A DNA stretch of 64,000 nt from contig OX597838.1 in NCBI GenBank assembly GCA_951406725.2, positions 32,612,001 to 32,676,000 on the forward strand, given 5' to 3'. A model generated the notes under the pieces. The model searched no databases and was not told the DNA's origin. It saw nothing but the letters and a program-made list of their open reading frames with translations. Within the stretch, counting starts at the first letter, position 1. The number at the start of each line of letters is the position of its first letter. This DNA is from Octopus vulgaris (lineage: Eukaryota). Of the stretch, positions 13,867 through 27,398 are shown piece by piece. The position numbers and the translations under genes are program-made.

Positions 13867-14264
13867 GGCGCAGGAGTGGCTGTGTGGTAAGTAGCTTGTC
13901 TACCAACCGCATGGTTCTGGGTTCAGTCCCACTGCGTGGCACCTTGGGTAAGTGTCTTCTACTATAGCCTCGGGCCGACCAAAGCCTTGTGAGTGGATTT
14001 GGTAGACGGAAACTGAAAGAAGCCCGTCGTATATATGTGTATGCATTTGTGTGTCTGTGTTTGTCCCCTAGCATTGCTTGACAACCGATGCTGGTGTGTT
14101 TATGTCCCCGTCACTTAGCGGTTCGGCAAAAGAGACCGATAGAATAAGTACTGGGCTTACAAAAGAATTAGTCCCGGGGTCGAGTTGCTCGATTAAAGGC
14201 GGTGCTCCAGCATGGCCGCAGTCAAATGACTGAAGCAAGTAAAAGAGTAAAAGAGAAAGAGAGA
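13867..14264 (+). mobile_element. SINE family A, full length
   Basis: Same consensus. Further copies at about 27940-28365, 29720-30102, 43655-44125, 45398-45730, 45900-46265, 47980-48690, 52256-52712 and 57683-58063 (+), and 37268-37640, 44515-44880 and 53875-54430 (-). Confidence 0.9.
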
Positions 14265-14364
14265 GGGTTTCTGACTGAAGAACGAAGGCTTTGAATGACC
14301 CGTCTGTCTCTTATGTTCGTCTCTTCGTGTATTTCACGTTATTTATATATGTAAAGGTTTATTC

Positions 14365-14395
<31 letters not shown>

Positions 14396-14920
14396 GTGTG
14401 TGTTTATATATACCAGAGTAAGCACATAAATGCAAAACAAGGTGGAAAAAAAGAGTACTCAAATACCAGAGGTAGAGTAATATGCTTTATTAAAGAAGCA
14501 GCAAAAATATCACAAAAACTGTTACTCAGAGTTTCACATTCCCGTTCGTCCAAACAGGAACATGAAACTCTGAGTAACAGTTTTTGTGATATTTTTGTTG
14601 CTTTTTCATAAAGCATATTACTATATGTTTATATAAATATATATACACATTTATATATAGATATATGTATGTGTGTGTGTGTGTATATATATATATATAC
14701 ATGTGTATGTATGTGTGTGTGTGTGTATATATATATATATACATGTGTGTGTATGTGTGTGTGTGTATATATATATATACGTGTGTGTGTATGTATATGT
14801 GTGTGTGTATATATATACATGTGTGTGCGTATGTATATATGTGTGTATATATAACAATTATTTTTTGTAATGAGATTAAAACCAAGGCTGTGTAGAGTTT
14901 AGAACATTTATTGATAGAAG

Positions 14921-14972
14921 GTCTAACAGCTGTTTCCAGGATATTTATTAATTATATCCCTTCATCAGAGAC
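14921..14972 (-). ncRNA. Minimal hammerhead ribozyme motif, same family as 4917-4964 (remnant about 14850-15150)
   Basis: - strand reads GTCT-CTGATGA-AGGGATAT..ATATCCTG-GAAA-CAGCTG-TT-AGAC; palindromic CAGCTG stem III. Confidence 0.75.
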
Positions 14973-16329
14973 GGTGTGAGAGGATGGTTAAGAAATAGTT
15001 AATTTAGATAAAATATAAAATAGAGAGTGAGGTGGAGGAAAGAAAAGAAAATAGGTGTGAGATATTTAGGGATATTGTATTTGTAGATCTATTTTTTTGT
15101 AGGCAGAATGGTATACATGTAAGATTCCAATACCTATGAGTAAAATCTAATGTGTGTATATATATGTATATATGTGTGTGTGTATGCATATGTATAGATA
15201 TATATATGTATGTGTGTGTATATATATATATGTATGTATATATATGCATGTATATATGTGTATATATGCATATATGTATGTATATATATGCATGTATATA
15301 TGTGTATATATGCATGTATATATGTATATGTATATATATATATGTGTATATATATTTATGTATATATATATATATGTAGATATATATTTGTGTATGTATA
15401 TATGTATATATATGTAGATGTATATATGTGTATGTGTGTGTGTGTATGTATGTGTGTGTATGTATGTGTGTGTATGTGTATGTATATGTGTGTATACATG
15501 TGTGTGTGTGTGTGTATATGCATATGTGTGTGTGTGTGTATATGCATATATGTGTGTATATATATGTGTGTGTGTATATATGCATATATGTGTGTCTACA
15601 TATATGTATGTATGTATATATATATATGCATACATACCCTTTTACTCTCTTTATGCCATGTACTCCTTCATATCCGTCATATACAAACACACACTGTTTC
15701 TGTATCTTAGTTGTATACACACACATACACATATTGTCTCCTCTCCACCCCATTCTTGGCCTTGCATAATAACACCCACCTACCCAGTCCCTATGCATAC
15801 ACAAGCCTACACATATGTCTGTATTTGTATGTACATATATGTATGTATGTATGTATGTATATTCACTCACACCCCTGCATACCAAACATTCACCTTCTAA
15901 ATGAGGAGAAAATAGTCTTTTTTTTTTTCATTATTAATTAGCAATGGAAGATAATTAAGGAAAAGTTCCTCCAAATTGTGAAAGAGAGTGAGGGGCAGAT
16001 TAATTAAAAATATCCAATTATGTCACAGCATTAGCGATAAAAAATAATGATGATACTATTATAATGACGATGATGATTATTAAGATGAGGGTGATGATGA
16101 TGATGGTAAGAAGATTATGTAGAAGTATATGACAAATCAGGTGAGAAAGAGTGAGAGAGAGGAATCAGAGATGTGTGTGGGGTGGGGATGAAAGACACTG
16201 GGTGATATCGTTATGCTGTTTTAGATTATGTTTTAGTTAATTATTCAGTTTTGCACACACATGCATACATATATGTGTATATATAATAATCTATATGTAA
16301 ATATGTGTATGTACATATATATATTTGTA

Positions 16330-16720
16330 TGTGTGTGCATATGTAAATATGTGTATATATACATGTTTATATAATGCATATGTAAATGTGTATATATACA
16401 TGTCTATATATGCATATGTAAATATGTGTATATATACATGTCTATATAATGCATATGTAAATATGTGTATATATACATGTCTATATAATGCATATGTAAA
16501 TATGTATATATACATGTCTATATAATGCATATGTAAATATGTGTATATATACATATATACATGTCTATATAATGCATATGTAAATATGTGTATATATACA
16601 TGTCTATATAATGCATATGTAAATGTGTATATATACATGTCTATATAATGCATATGTAAATATGTGTATATATACATGTCTATATATGCATATATATAAT
16701 GCATATGTAAATATGTGTGT
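16330..16720. repeat. AT-rich minisatellite, unit about 37-39 bp (GCATATGTAAATATGTGTATATATACATGTCTATATAAT)
   Basis: About 9 tandem copies visible. Confidence 0.85.
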
Positions 16721-17105
16721 ATATATATGTGCGTATATACATATATAAATATATCTATATATATATGTATACATATATATATGCACGTATACAAATATAT
16801 ATATATATGCATATATATATTTATATATCTCATTTTTAATTTTAAATTATTTACAGTTATTTCCTGTTGGGTTTTGTTTTTGTTTCCTCTGGGTTTTTTG
16901 TTTTTTGTTTTGTTTTTGTTGTTGTTTGTTTGTTTTGTTTTTCTTCTGTTGTTTAAGAATTATTCACTACGAATAAATATTAACGGATAAAGGACTAGTT
17001 TTAAGGAACAAAATGGTTGGGTTGTGAAAGGAATATTGACAACGTTGCCGGGACTGTGGAGTCTGCTGTTGAGTTCATCTAAAAAACCGAAATCCACTGC
17101 TGCTG

Positions 17106-17137
<32 letters not shown>

Positions 17138-17696
17138 GATGACTTTCCTCCATTATGTTTGCTGGGGATGGAGGGGTTAGGGGTAGGGGGAAAAAAAACT
17201 TATAAATGTACACTGTCTCGGGGCCACCTAGTGGCAACAAGTTAACAACAGATAATCAGAGATACAAAAAAAAAAAAAAAACACGCATTCAATTTTAGAA
17301 AATGGCACCAAATAAGTGGGAATTCGGCCAGACATACAAAAACAAAAAAATACCTCCACATTTAGAGCTTGTTGCTATTAAAATCTACACACTGATCCTC
17401 ACATATATAATACATATATGTGTGTGTGTGTGTATACATATATATATATATATATACATACACACTAGTACATTTACATATATGTATTTATACATTTATG
17501 TATGCCTGTATATATATATATATATATATGTATGTACACACACATACATAAATATGTATAAACGTATGTATATATATATATATACACACACACACAAATA
17601 TATGTGTATGAACATGTATATATAAATATATATACACACAAATCACAAGCCTGTATATGTCATACACAAACGTATGTTCATCATACACAAACATAT

Positions 17697-17729
<33 letters not shown>

Positions 17730-18443
17730 CATACATACACACATGCATATATATGTATACACATGCATACAGACACATACTGTGTATATAAAATGCAAAC
17801 ATGTATACTCCACATGTAATCATACATATACATATATCTATATATACACATACACACATGCATACACATACAGCCACACACCACCTAAACATATATATAA
17901 ACACATGTAATATTTAAAATCCCAAATACACGTGCATACGCATTTCCACCACACCCATACTACCCGCTTGTCTGTATATATGTATGTAAGCCTAGTTTAA
18001 GAAAATGCATAATTAATTTATATAATATATATGTATATATATATGTGTGTATATATATTATATATTATATAATATGCCACTGTTCTGAAGATTGGTTGTT
18101 GAACGACACGGATATAGCTGAAGGAGAACTTTATTTATTTCTTAATGATAATAACCATAATGAGAATATTGTTATTATTGTTTTTTTTTTTTGTTTACTG
18201 ATGATGAAGAAAAAGAAGAGGAAAAAAAAACGCTTAAACACACTTACTTACACACACGTGCATGCATACATACATGCAATGACATACACATACACATATG
18301 CACGCATACATGCACACTCGTTATGTACGTTACGAACGTATGTCATGAACGTACGTGCACCGCAAACTCGAAAAACGTTTTCAAACAGAAAGAACAACAA
18401 AAATGTGGAAAAAAAAAAAAAAATAATAATAATAAAAGAAGAA

Positions 18444-18483
<40 letters not shown>

Positions 18484-19439
18484 CAGGAAAAGATTTAAAA
18501 AAAAAAAAGAAAAAAATTTGAAGAAGTATATGTTATGAGTTCAGTATGTGTCTATTATCTAACAGTCTTTTGCATTTCACAGGAAAAAAAACAAAGAAAT
18601 CTTTGACTGAAAATTGCTAAGTACCGACCTGAGGAAAAAAAAATAATAATAATAATAATAATAACAGTTATCAAAATTTAAAGAAATAATAATAATGATG
18701 ATGATAATAATAATAAAAATAATAACACTGATGGATAATGATGAGGATGATGTTAACGATGATGATGATGGTGATTATGATGTTAAAGATGATGATGATG
18801 AAATTAACGATGATGGTGATGATGATGAAGAGGAGTAAGAGGATGAGAATGGAAAAAGTGAACATTAAATCGACATCTTAGTGCACTCTGGAGAAGTTGG
18901 AACTTTCTTCAATTTTTTTTTTTTTGTTTTTCTTTCTTTTCTTCCTTCCTTCCTTCATTTTTTTTTTTTTTTTCTCTGCTGGTTTGTAAAAATTATTTTT
19001 TTAAAAAACAAAGTCTGCACGCATGAACAACAACAACTACAAAAAAAAAAAGAAAAGAAAACCCTTCCCTACCAAAAAAAAATTAAAAAATAATAATAAT
19101 AATAATAATAATAAACAAAGGAAAAAGAAAAGATAAACGAAAACCCAAAATCACAAAGAACATTTGCAGAACTGCAGAAGACCTCACAACAGAAAATCAC
19201 AAACACTCATACACACACACACACACACACAATATGATATATAGCACAACTCAACATAAAGCATCACAACAGAATGGATACAAAAGATTACCTCACAACA
19301 CCACACAACAGAATACAAAGCAATAGAAAGAGATATGATACAAAGCAACACCTCACAACAGAATGGCAAAACTACACACAACAGAACAGACCGCATCACA
19401 ACGCAAAAGAGCACTTCACAATGCAACATCACACAATCA

Positions 19440-19768
19440 TATATATATATATATACACACACACATATACACGCACGTGCACACACGTATATGTGTGTGT
19501 ATATATATGTATATATACACACACACAAACATATATACATACACACACACACGTGTATATTATGCGAATGTATATATATATATGATATATATATATACAT
19601 ACGTGTGTGTGTGTGTATATATATATACACACACACGTGTGTATGTATATATATATATACACACACGTGTGTATGTATATATATATATACACACGTGTGT
19701 ATGTATATATATATACACACGTGTGTATATATATATATACACATGTGTATATATATATATACACACAC

Positions 19769-19808
<40 letters not shown>

Positions 19809-20509
19809 CACACGTGTGTGTATATATATATATGTGTGTATATATTGTGTATTATATATATTGTGTGTGTGTATATGTGTATATATATAATATTCTCAGA
19901 AAACACTGCTGCAGAACAATATATAAGAACGACACATCACCACCACCACCACTTGGAAGCATCATTGACCCTTTGGCATTCAAACCAGCCATATCCAACC
20001 CAAATATTCTACCTGTTTTATGTTAAAACTGGCCAGATCTGGCCTCTTACACCTGTCCTACAATGTCATTCAAACAAAAAAAAAAAAATTAAACAATCAC
20101 CTCGTTGAAAGCTCAAAGCTATGAGATTATATACGACATGATCAATTCGCAATCAATGTGAATGAAAGAACGTTACATTTGACAGAGTAGTTTGTACCTG
20201 AATGCTTAAAGGGTTAACAACACATCACAGCAGAGCGTTATATATATATATGTATATATATATATGTATATATATTCTGCAAAACACCACCAGTAGAATA
20301 CAGTACAGCATGGAAAACATAACACACATCGCCTGCCAACACACACACACACACACACGCATGTCACACAACTCGAACGCCATCACAACAACCACACAAC
20401 AGAAAGAATGAAAGAAGACGATGAGGAAGAAAATATATAAAGAATATTTCCAAACTTTTGAACCTTTCTTCTGTGTCCAACACATTTGAATGCACAACAC
20501 ACATACACT

Positions 20510-20550
<41 letters not shown>

Positions 20551-20817
20551 CTACATATATATATATACACATAATGTATGTATATATAAAATGTATAGTG
20601 TATATATATAAAATATATAGTGTATATATATATTTATGTATATATATAAAATGTATGTATAGATATATATATATATAAAATATATGTATATAGTGTATAT
20701 ATATATAATGTATATGTATGTATATATGTATATACACACAAAATATATACATATACTCGCACATATACACACACAAAAAATATACACACACACATAAAAT
20801 ACATGTATATAGTATAT

Positions 20818-20849
<32 letters not shown>

Positions 20850-21301
20850 ATGTGTATATATGCATATATATATATATACACACAAAATATATACATATAG
20901 TCACACACATATATATACACACACATACAAAAAATATATACACGCACACAAAAATATATATACACACATAAAATACATATACACACTTGTATACACTCAC
21001 ATATACTCACACACACACAGACATTTACACACATACATACACAGATATGCAACTGTCTATTGAGACACGTAAGGTGGACTATATTTATATTTGTGCGTAT
21101 GTATCTATCTTTCTCTATATAAATATATATATGTATGTATATATACATGTATATGTATGTGTATATAAATATGTGTGTACATATGTGTGTGTTTGTCTGT
21201 GTATATACGTATGTGTGTATACATATATATGAATATCTATGTATCTTTATATATATGTATGAGGAATGAATGAGTGAGCTTATAAGTGCATGAGAACGTG
21301 C

Positions 21302-21350
<49 letters not shown>

Positions 21351-21570
21351 ATATATACATATATATTTATATATATGTATGTGTATCTCGTTTGTTTAAA
21401 GAACAGACATGTATATATATGTACATATATACAAGCATTCTCTGTATGTATATATTCATATAACAATGTATATATATATGTGTGTGTTTGCATGTGTAAT
21501 ATATATAATGTATGTATGTGTATGCATATATATGTATATATAGTGTTTGAATATATGTATGCATATATAT
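19440..21570. repeat. Compound (TA)/(TG)/(CA) microsatellite field
   Basis: Directly visible; similar fields at 4434-4848, 14630-15630, 17400-17910, 48100-48480 and 49420-49740. Confidence 0.95.
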
Positions 21571-21571
21571 A

Positions 21572-22693
21572 TGAGGTGTGTTCAGAAAGTATCCAACTTT
21601 ATTTTTTTCTCACCAAAATGAATACCACGTGGGCAAAATCCTTTGGGTGGAAGGCGATGTCACTCTTCCTTGCATATGTGTGGAACTTTTTGCTCCAGTA
21701 GACCGTGTCAGTCTGTTCTGGTGCACACTTGTCGAATTTTCGTTTTTGCACAAGACGGCCAAACGCATCAAGTAGAAACCTTACATCAGGTTTTGCCAAA
21801 AGCTTGGTGATCCTCAAATTCAAAGCATCGAGAAGATTCTGCAGGCCCTTGGCGGGGATTCCATTTGTGAAACTCAGATCAAAGGGCGGTACCACTGCTT
21901 CAGATGTGGCCACACTGCAGTAGAATGCGAGGCATGCTCATGCAGGCCATCCACAAACTGAAATGAGGAGCTGATTGAGGTTTAATGAATAGTCGTGAAT
22001 AGACATCAGAAGCAGATGCCTCATTATACTTTCTGAAGTATGGCCAACTGAGACAATGAATATTATTTGACCATCTTATTCTTGGCGAACCCCTAGTTCT
22101 TGTACAGTCACAGGGTAGAGTCCTTGTACATGTAAAAAATCCAGGAAATTATTCATGAAGTGAGAATAAGCACAGGATCAGTGCATTTCCATTTTAATGG
22201 AGGATTTGTACATGTGGAGAGTATCGGCTGAAAAATAAGCCGGATACTTTTTGAATGCACCTTGTAATCCAAGCTTATCTGGTCGGGAACAACATCCCAC
22301 TTATTTGACAGGTTTCTTACTTTCCTGACTTGGCACCATGTGACTTCTGGCTCCTCTCCAAACTGAAAGGTCGAAGGGCAAAGTTGATCTCGGGGATTTG
22401 ACCTGAGAGCATAAAGAGCTAGAAGAACTGACCTTAAGTATTTCATCCGATGCAGCAGTGATTCTGCCTTAGGGTTAATTGTGAGAAGAAATTATGAGAA
22501 AAGTGATGGTAGAACTCCATAGCTTTCCAGAGATGGCCTTCCAGAGGTATTTATTACCAGCCGTGGAAGAATCATTGGGAGAAGTATGTGAACTCCCAAA
22601 GGGGAGTATTTTGAAAGTTATTGAATAAAATTCGGGAATTGTACAAAATTGTTTTTTAACCCCAAAGGTTGGATTCTTTTTGAAGGCATCTTG
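21572..22693 (+). mobile_element. Rearranged mariner relic
   Basis: Left TIR TA|TGAGGTGTGTTCAGAAAGTATCC; matching right TIR copies ending at 22264 and 22693, each followed by TA; fragments PDLAPCDFWL (about 22320-22360) and a GEYFE-like C-terminus (about 22600). Confidence 0.75.
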
Positions 22694-22725
<32 letters not shown>

Positions 22726-22835
22726 TATATATACGTATAAGCACGTGGGTATATATATATGTGTGTGTGTGTGTATATATATGTGTACACACAAATGTAA
22801 TGTGTGTATATATAGACAGGCTCGTATACAGATAT

Positions 22836-22866
<31 letters not shown>

Positions 22867-24459
22867 AACACACAAGCATCAATACATATATGTTGTGTGT
22901 GTGTGTATATATATATAATACCCACATATGTATAAATACATATACTAAATGTATAATATATACCATATAATTATATGTATATTATTTAATATATCCATCA
23001 TTTATATGGTATGTATTTTATACATGCATATATATATTTCTTCTGTGTACATCCTATTTATACATATATATATGTGTATGCTATATATATATACTTATAT
23101 TTGATAAATAGTGTATGATATATACACATGTATGTGTGTGTATAAATTGATATATAATATATATATATATGCATATATATATATAAATATGTTTTATGTA
23201 TGTATATATACATATATATATATGCATATACATACATGCATTTATACATACATATACATAATCTTGTGGTTGACATCAAAGAGATATGTTTACGAACGTA
23301 TTCATTTTTCTCTCCATTTTTTTTTTGGTCCGACACTAAAAAAAAAAACAACAAAATAATTAAATAAAAATAATAAAAAACCTGTAAAGTATTAAGGAAA
23401 ACAAAACAAAAAAAAATATTAGTTTTCTAATTCTTGTGAAATTATGGTCGGCAGCAATGTTTGGTAAGTTGGCGCTAGAGTGAGAAGGGTTTTCTGGAGA
23501 AGAGAAGACGAAGAATGCTAACAGAGTTTGTTCCTGGCCTTGTTGTTTAGAATAACATTTAAAAGCAAAAGCTGAAAGAAAAAAATATTGATGAGGAGGA
23601 AGAAGGAGGAGGAGATAGTTATTGTTCTTAATTTTTTTTTTTCTTTTACTACCCACAAGGGGCTAAACACAGAGGGGACAAACAAGGACAGACAAACGGA
23701 TTAAGTCGATTACATCGACCCCAGTGCGTAACTGGTACTTATTTAATCGACCCCGAAAGGATGAAAGGCAAAGTCGACCTCGGCGGAATTTGAACTCAGA
23801 ACGTAGCGACAGACGAAACACTGCTGAGCATTTCGCCCAGCGTGCTAACGATTCTGGCAGCTTGCCGCCGTAATTTGCATTGTTTTTAATTTTGGCACCC
23901 AAGACTTGCAATTTTAAGGGGACAAGGTTTGATCGATTACATTGGTCCCTGTGTTTAGCTTTATCAACCTTGAAAGGATGAAAGGGCCAAGTCAACCTCA
24001 GCAGTATTTTACTTTTGAATGTAAAAAGCTGAAAGAAACGCTGCTAAGGATTTTGTCTGAGATGCTAAGAATTCTGCTACTGCTGACCCTTAAAACAGTT
24101 TCTTATTCAGGCCCAAGGCCGGCAATTCTGAGAAGCAGATTTAGTCAGTTACATTGACCCCCACCACCACCACAACTTGACTGGTACTTTACCCTGTTGG
24201 GAAGGAAGGTACAAGGACTCTACCCTATGTCTGGCAGAACTAGGGGTTCACCAAGAATAAGATGGTCAAATAATATTCATAGTCTCAGTTGGTCATACTT
24301 GGACATCCAGTATGACCTTCAGAAAGGTCGAAAGGCAAAGTTGATCTCGGGGATTTGACCCGAGAACATAAAGAGCTAGAAGAACTGACCTTAAGTATTT
24401 CGTCCGATGCGGCAGTGATTCTGCCTTAGGGGTTAATTATAACGTGATGAAAGAAAAAT

Positions 24460-26140
24460 CCATTGATCCCACCCTCCATCTCCTCAGCCCATTGTCCCTG
24501 GAATGGTTGTCAGGGTAGAGTCCTCAGCCACTTCTTCCATAGGGTTCCATTAGAAATAGCCATTGTTAGATTTTCTTGGTTTTCTCTTAGGTCTCCTTAC
24601 AGTCATGGGGGTTGAGTCCTCAGGCATTTCCTCAATAGATCCTCATCAGAAGCAGATGTCTCATTACACTTTCTGTTTGGTTTTTGAAGTTTGACCAACT
24701 GAGATTATGAATATCATTTGACCATATTATTCTTGGTGAACCCCTAGTTCTGCCAGTCATAGGGTAGGGTCCTTGTACCTTCCTTCCCAACAGGGTCATC
24801 ATTGCACTTTCCAGCTAGATGTCCAAGTTTGACCAACTGAGACTATGAATATTATTTGACCATATCATTCATAGGGTAGGGTCCTTGTCCAAGTTTGACC
24901 AACTGAGACTATGAATATTATTTGACCATATCATTCTTGGTGAACCCCTAGTTCTGCCAGACTTAGGGTAGGGTCCTTGTACCTTCCTTTCCAACGGGGT
25001 CCTATCAGGAGCAACCATCATTGCACTTTCCAGCTGGATATCCAAGTATGACCAACTGAAGACTGCAAATATTATCCAATTATCTCATTCTTGATCTACC
25101 CTCAAGTCTCCGCTCATTCATAGGATAGAATCCTCAGGCACCTCCTTCATAAGGCCCTATCAAAAGCAGCTCTCATTAGACTCTCTGGTTGGATTCCCAA
25201 CTAAGACTATGGATATTATGCACCCATCCCATTCTTGGTTTACTCCTAGGTCTCCTATCAGCCATGGGAGTAAAGTCCTCAAGCATCTCCTCAATAGATT
25301 CCCATCAGATTCAACTGTCTCATTTCACTTTGTGGCTGGATTCCCATTCTTATTTATTGCCCACAAGAGGCTAAACATAGAGGGGACAAACAAGGACAGG
25401 CAGAGTGATTAAGTCGATTGCAATAACCCCAGTGCGTAACTGGTACTTAATTTATCGACCCCGTAAGGATGAAAGGCAAAGTCAACCACGCCGGAATTTG
25501 AACTCAGAACGTGATGGCACACGAAAGACGAAATACCTATTTTTTTACCACCCACAAGGGGCTAAACACAGAGGGCAAACAAGGACAGACAAATGGATTA
25601 AGTCAATTGTATCGACCCCGAAAGAATGAAATGCAAAGTTGAACTCAGAACATAACGGCAGACGAAATACCGCTACACACTTCGCCCGGTGTGCTAACAT
25701 TTCTGCCAGCTCGCCACCTTAATATATTTATTTCTTTACTACCCACAAGGGGCTAAACATAGAGGGGACAAACAAGGACACACAAAGGGATTAAGTCGAT
25801 TACATCGACCCCGAAAGGATGAAAGGCAAAGTCGACCCTGGCGGAATTTGAACTCAGAACATAACGACAGAGAAATACCGCTAAGCATTTCGTTATACCG
25901 AAATACCACTAAGCATAACATTTCTGCCAGCTCACCGCCTTCCCAACCATTTCATTCTTGGTCAACCCCTTATCCTTCTGCTAGCAGTAGGGTATAGTCC
26001 ACGTGTACCTTCCTTCCTCACAGAGTCCTATCAGAAACAGCCACCAATTGCACTCTCTAACTGGATTCCCAAAAATGACCAATTGAAACTATGAATATTG
26101 TCCAGTGTCCCATTCTTGGTCCACTCCTGGGTCACCTGCA
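24460..26140. repeat. Old degenerate tandem array, unit about 140-150 bp, interrupted by family B SINEs (25350-25940)
   Basis: Recurring landmarks GACCAACTGAGACTATGAATATT, CATTCTTGG and GGGTAGGGTCCT; inverted copy at about 24190-24310. Confidence 0.75.
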
Positions 26141-26482
26141 TGTTGGTATGGCTTAAAGAATCCATCTTGTGATTGGTTCCTGCACCATTCTAATCACTTG
26201 TCCATATTACAAGAACTGTGACTAAAATATATATATAATATATATGTTGGTAAGATAACAAAAGAAAGAAAGAGACCTCAATATTATGTAAATAGAGGAA
26301 TTTATCTAAAATAATATGTTACAATTACTCAATAGTCAAGATAAAACTCTTTTTTTCAGATGGCCAGATAACCGAAGAGATGGTGTTGTGGATTTCCACT
26401 TCGGCATCTGATACTCAGAGTTTTATCTTGACTATTGAGTAATTGTAACATATTATTTTATATATATATATATATATACATA

Positions 26483-27398
26483 CAGGGTGTTCATAAAGTC
26501 TCTTTACAATTTTAAAATTTTATTACAAAGGCAGTTGACAAGATATCTTAACCAGATTTATTTTATTGTAACAATGGTTTATTAAAGTTTTTTTAACTGT
26601 TATTTTATAGACCTCAATATGGTTACCATTAGTTGCGTGAAGCACTTCAAGACGGTACTTGATTTCTTGCCATGTTCGCTGTAAGATAGCCTCATCAATG
26701 GTGGCAATGGCATTACGAATCCTTTGCTTCAAGTCAGCAATATCCCATATCATTGTTTGATATACAATATCTTTTACATAACCCCATAAAAAGAAGTCCA
26801 AGGAAGTGATATCTGGCGAACGTGGTGGCCATGGAATTGGCCCATCCCTTCCAATCCATCGGTCTGGAAATGTTTGATTGAGGAACTGACGAACATGCCG
26901 TCCCCAATGTGGTGGTGCATCATCTTGCTGGAAAATGATGGTTGGTTGTAAATCAATCAGTTGTGGTGCCACATATTCGGTCAGAAGGTCGAGGTAAACA
27001 TCTGCAGTAATTGTTGCCTCGTTGAAGAAAAATGGACCAATTATTCGATTGCACATGATTCCACACCACACATTCATTTTTGGACTATCCAGTTGTAGCA
27101 CCCTAGTCACATAGGGGTGTTCTGATCCCCAGATTCTCACATTGTGCTTGTTTAATTTCCCTGAAACATGAAAAGTCGCCTCGTCGCTAAAACAAACTCG
27201 CTTGAGGAATGCTTCATCCTCATTTTATAGGGGTTCAGTGAATCAGTTAACTTCCAGAGTATGTGAAACTCAAAAATTTAATATCAATTAAAACTTTAAT
27301 AAACAATTATTAAAATAAAACAAATCTGGTTAAAATATCTCATCAACTGCCTTTGTAATAATTTTTTTAAATTGTAAAGAGACTTTATGGACACCCTG
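26483..27398 (-). mobile_element. Tc1/mariner-superfamily DD41D (rosa/Visitor-type) transposon, internally deleted
   Basis: About 75-bp TIRs CAGGGTGTTCATAAAGTCTC.../...GAGACTTTATGGACACCCTG with TA on both sides. ORF motifs FSDEATF, FQQD and WPPRSPDITSLDFFLWG, with 41 residues between the 2nd and 3rd Asp. Confidence 0.9.
26523..27222 (-). pseudogene. DD41D transposase catalytic domain; N-terminal DNA-binding domain absent
   Basis: Frame is open from EDEAFLKRVCFSDEATFHVSGKLNKHNVRIWG through the 205-aa ORF of the track; too little sequence upstream for an HTH domain. Confidence 0.85.

Noticed and set aside
20225-21493. 422-aa and similar Y/I/H/T/V/C/M-rich ORFs (e.g. 4413-4943, 15004-15885, 19184-19906, 48014-48569)
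   Set aside because: Translations of TA/TG/CA microsatellites, open in several frames on both strands.
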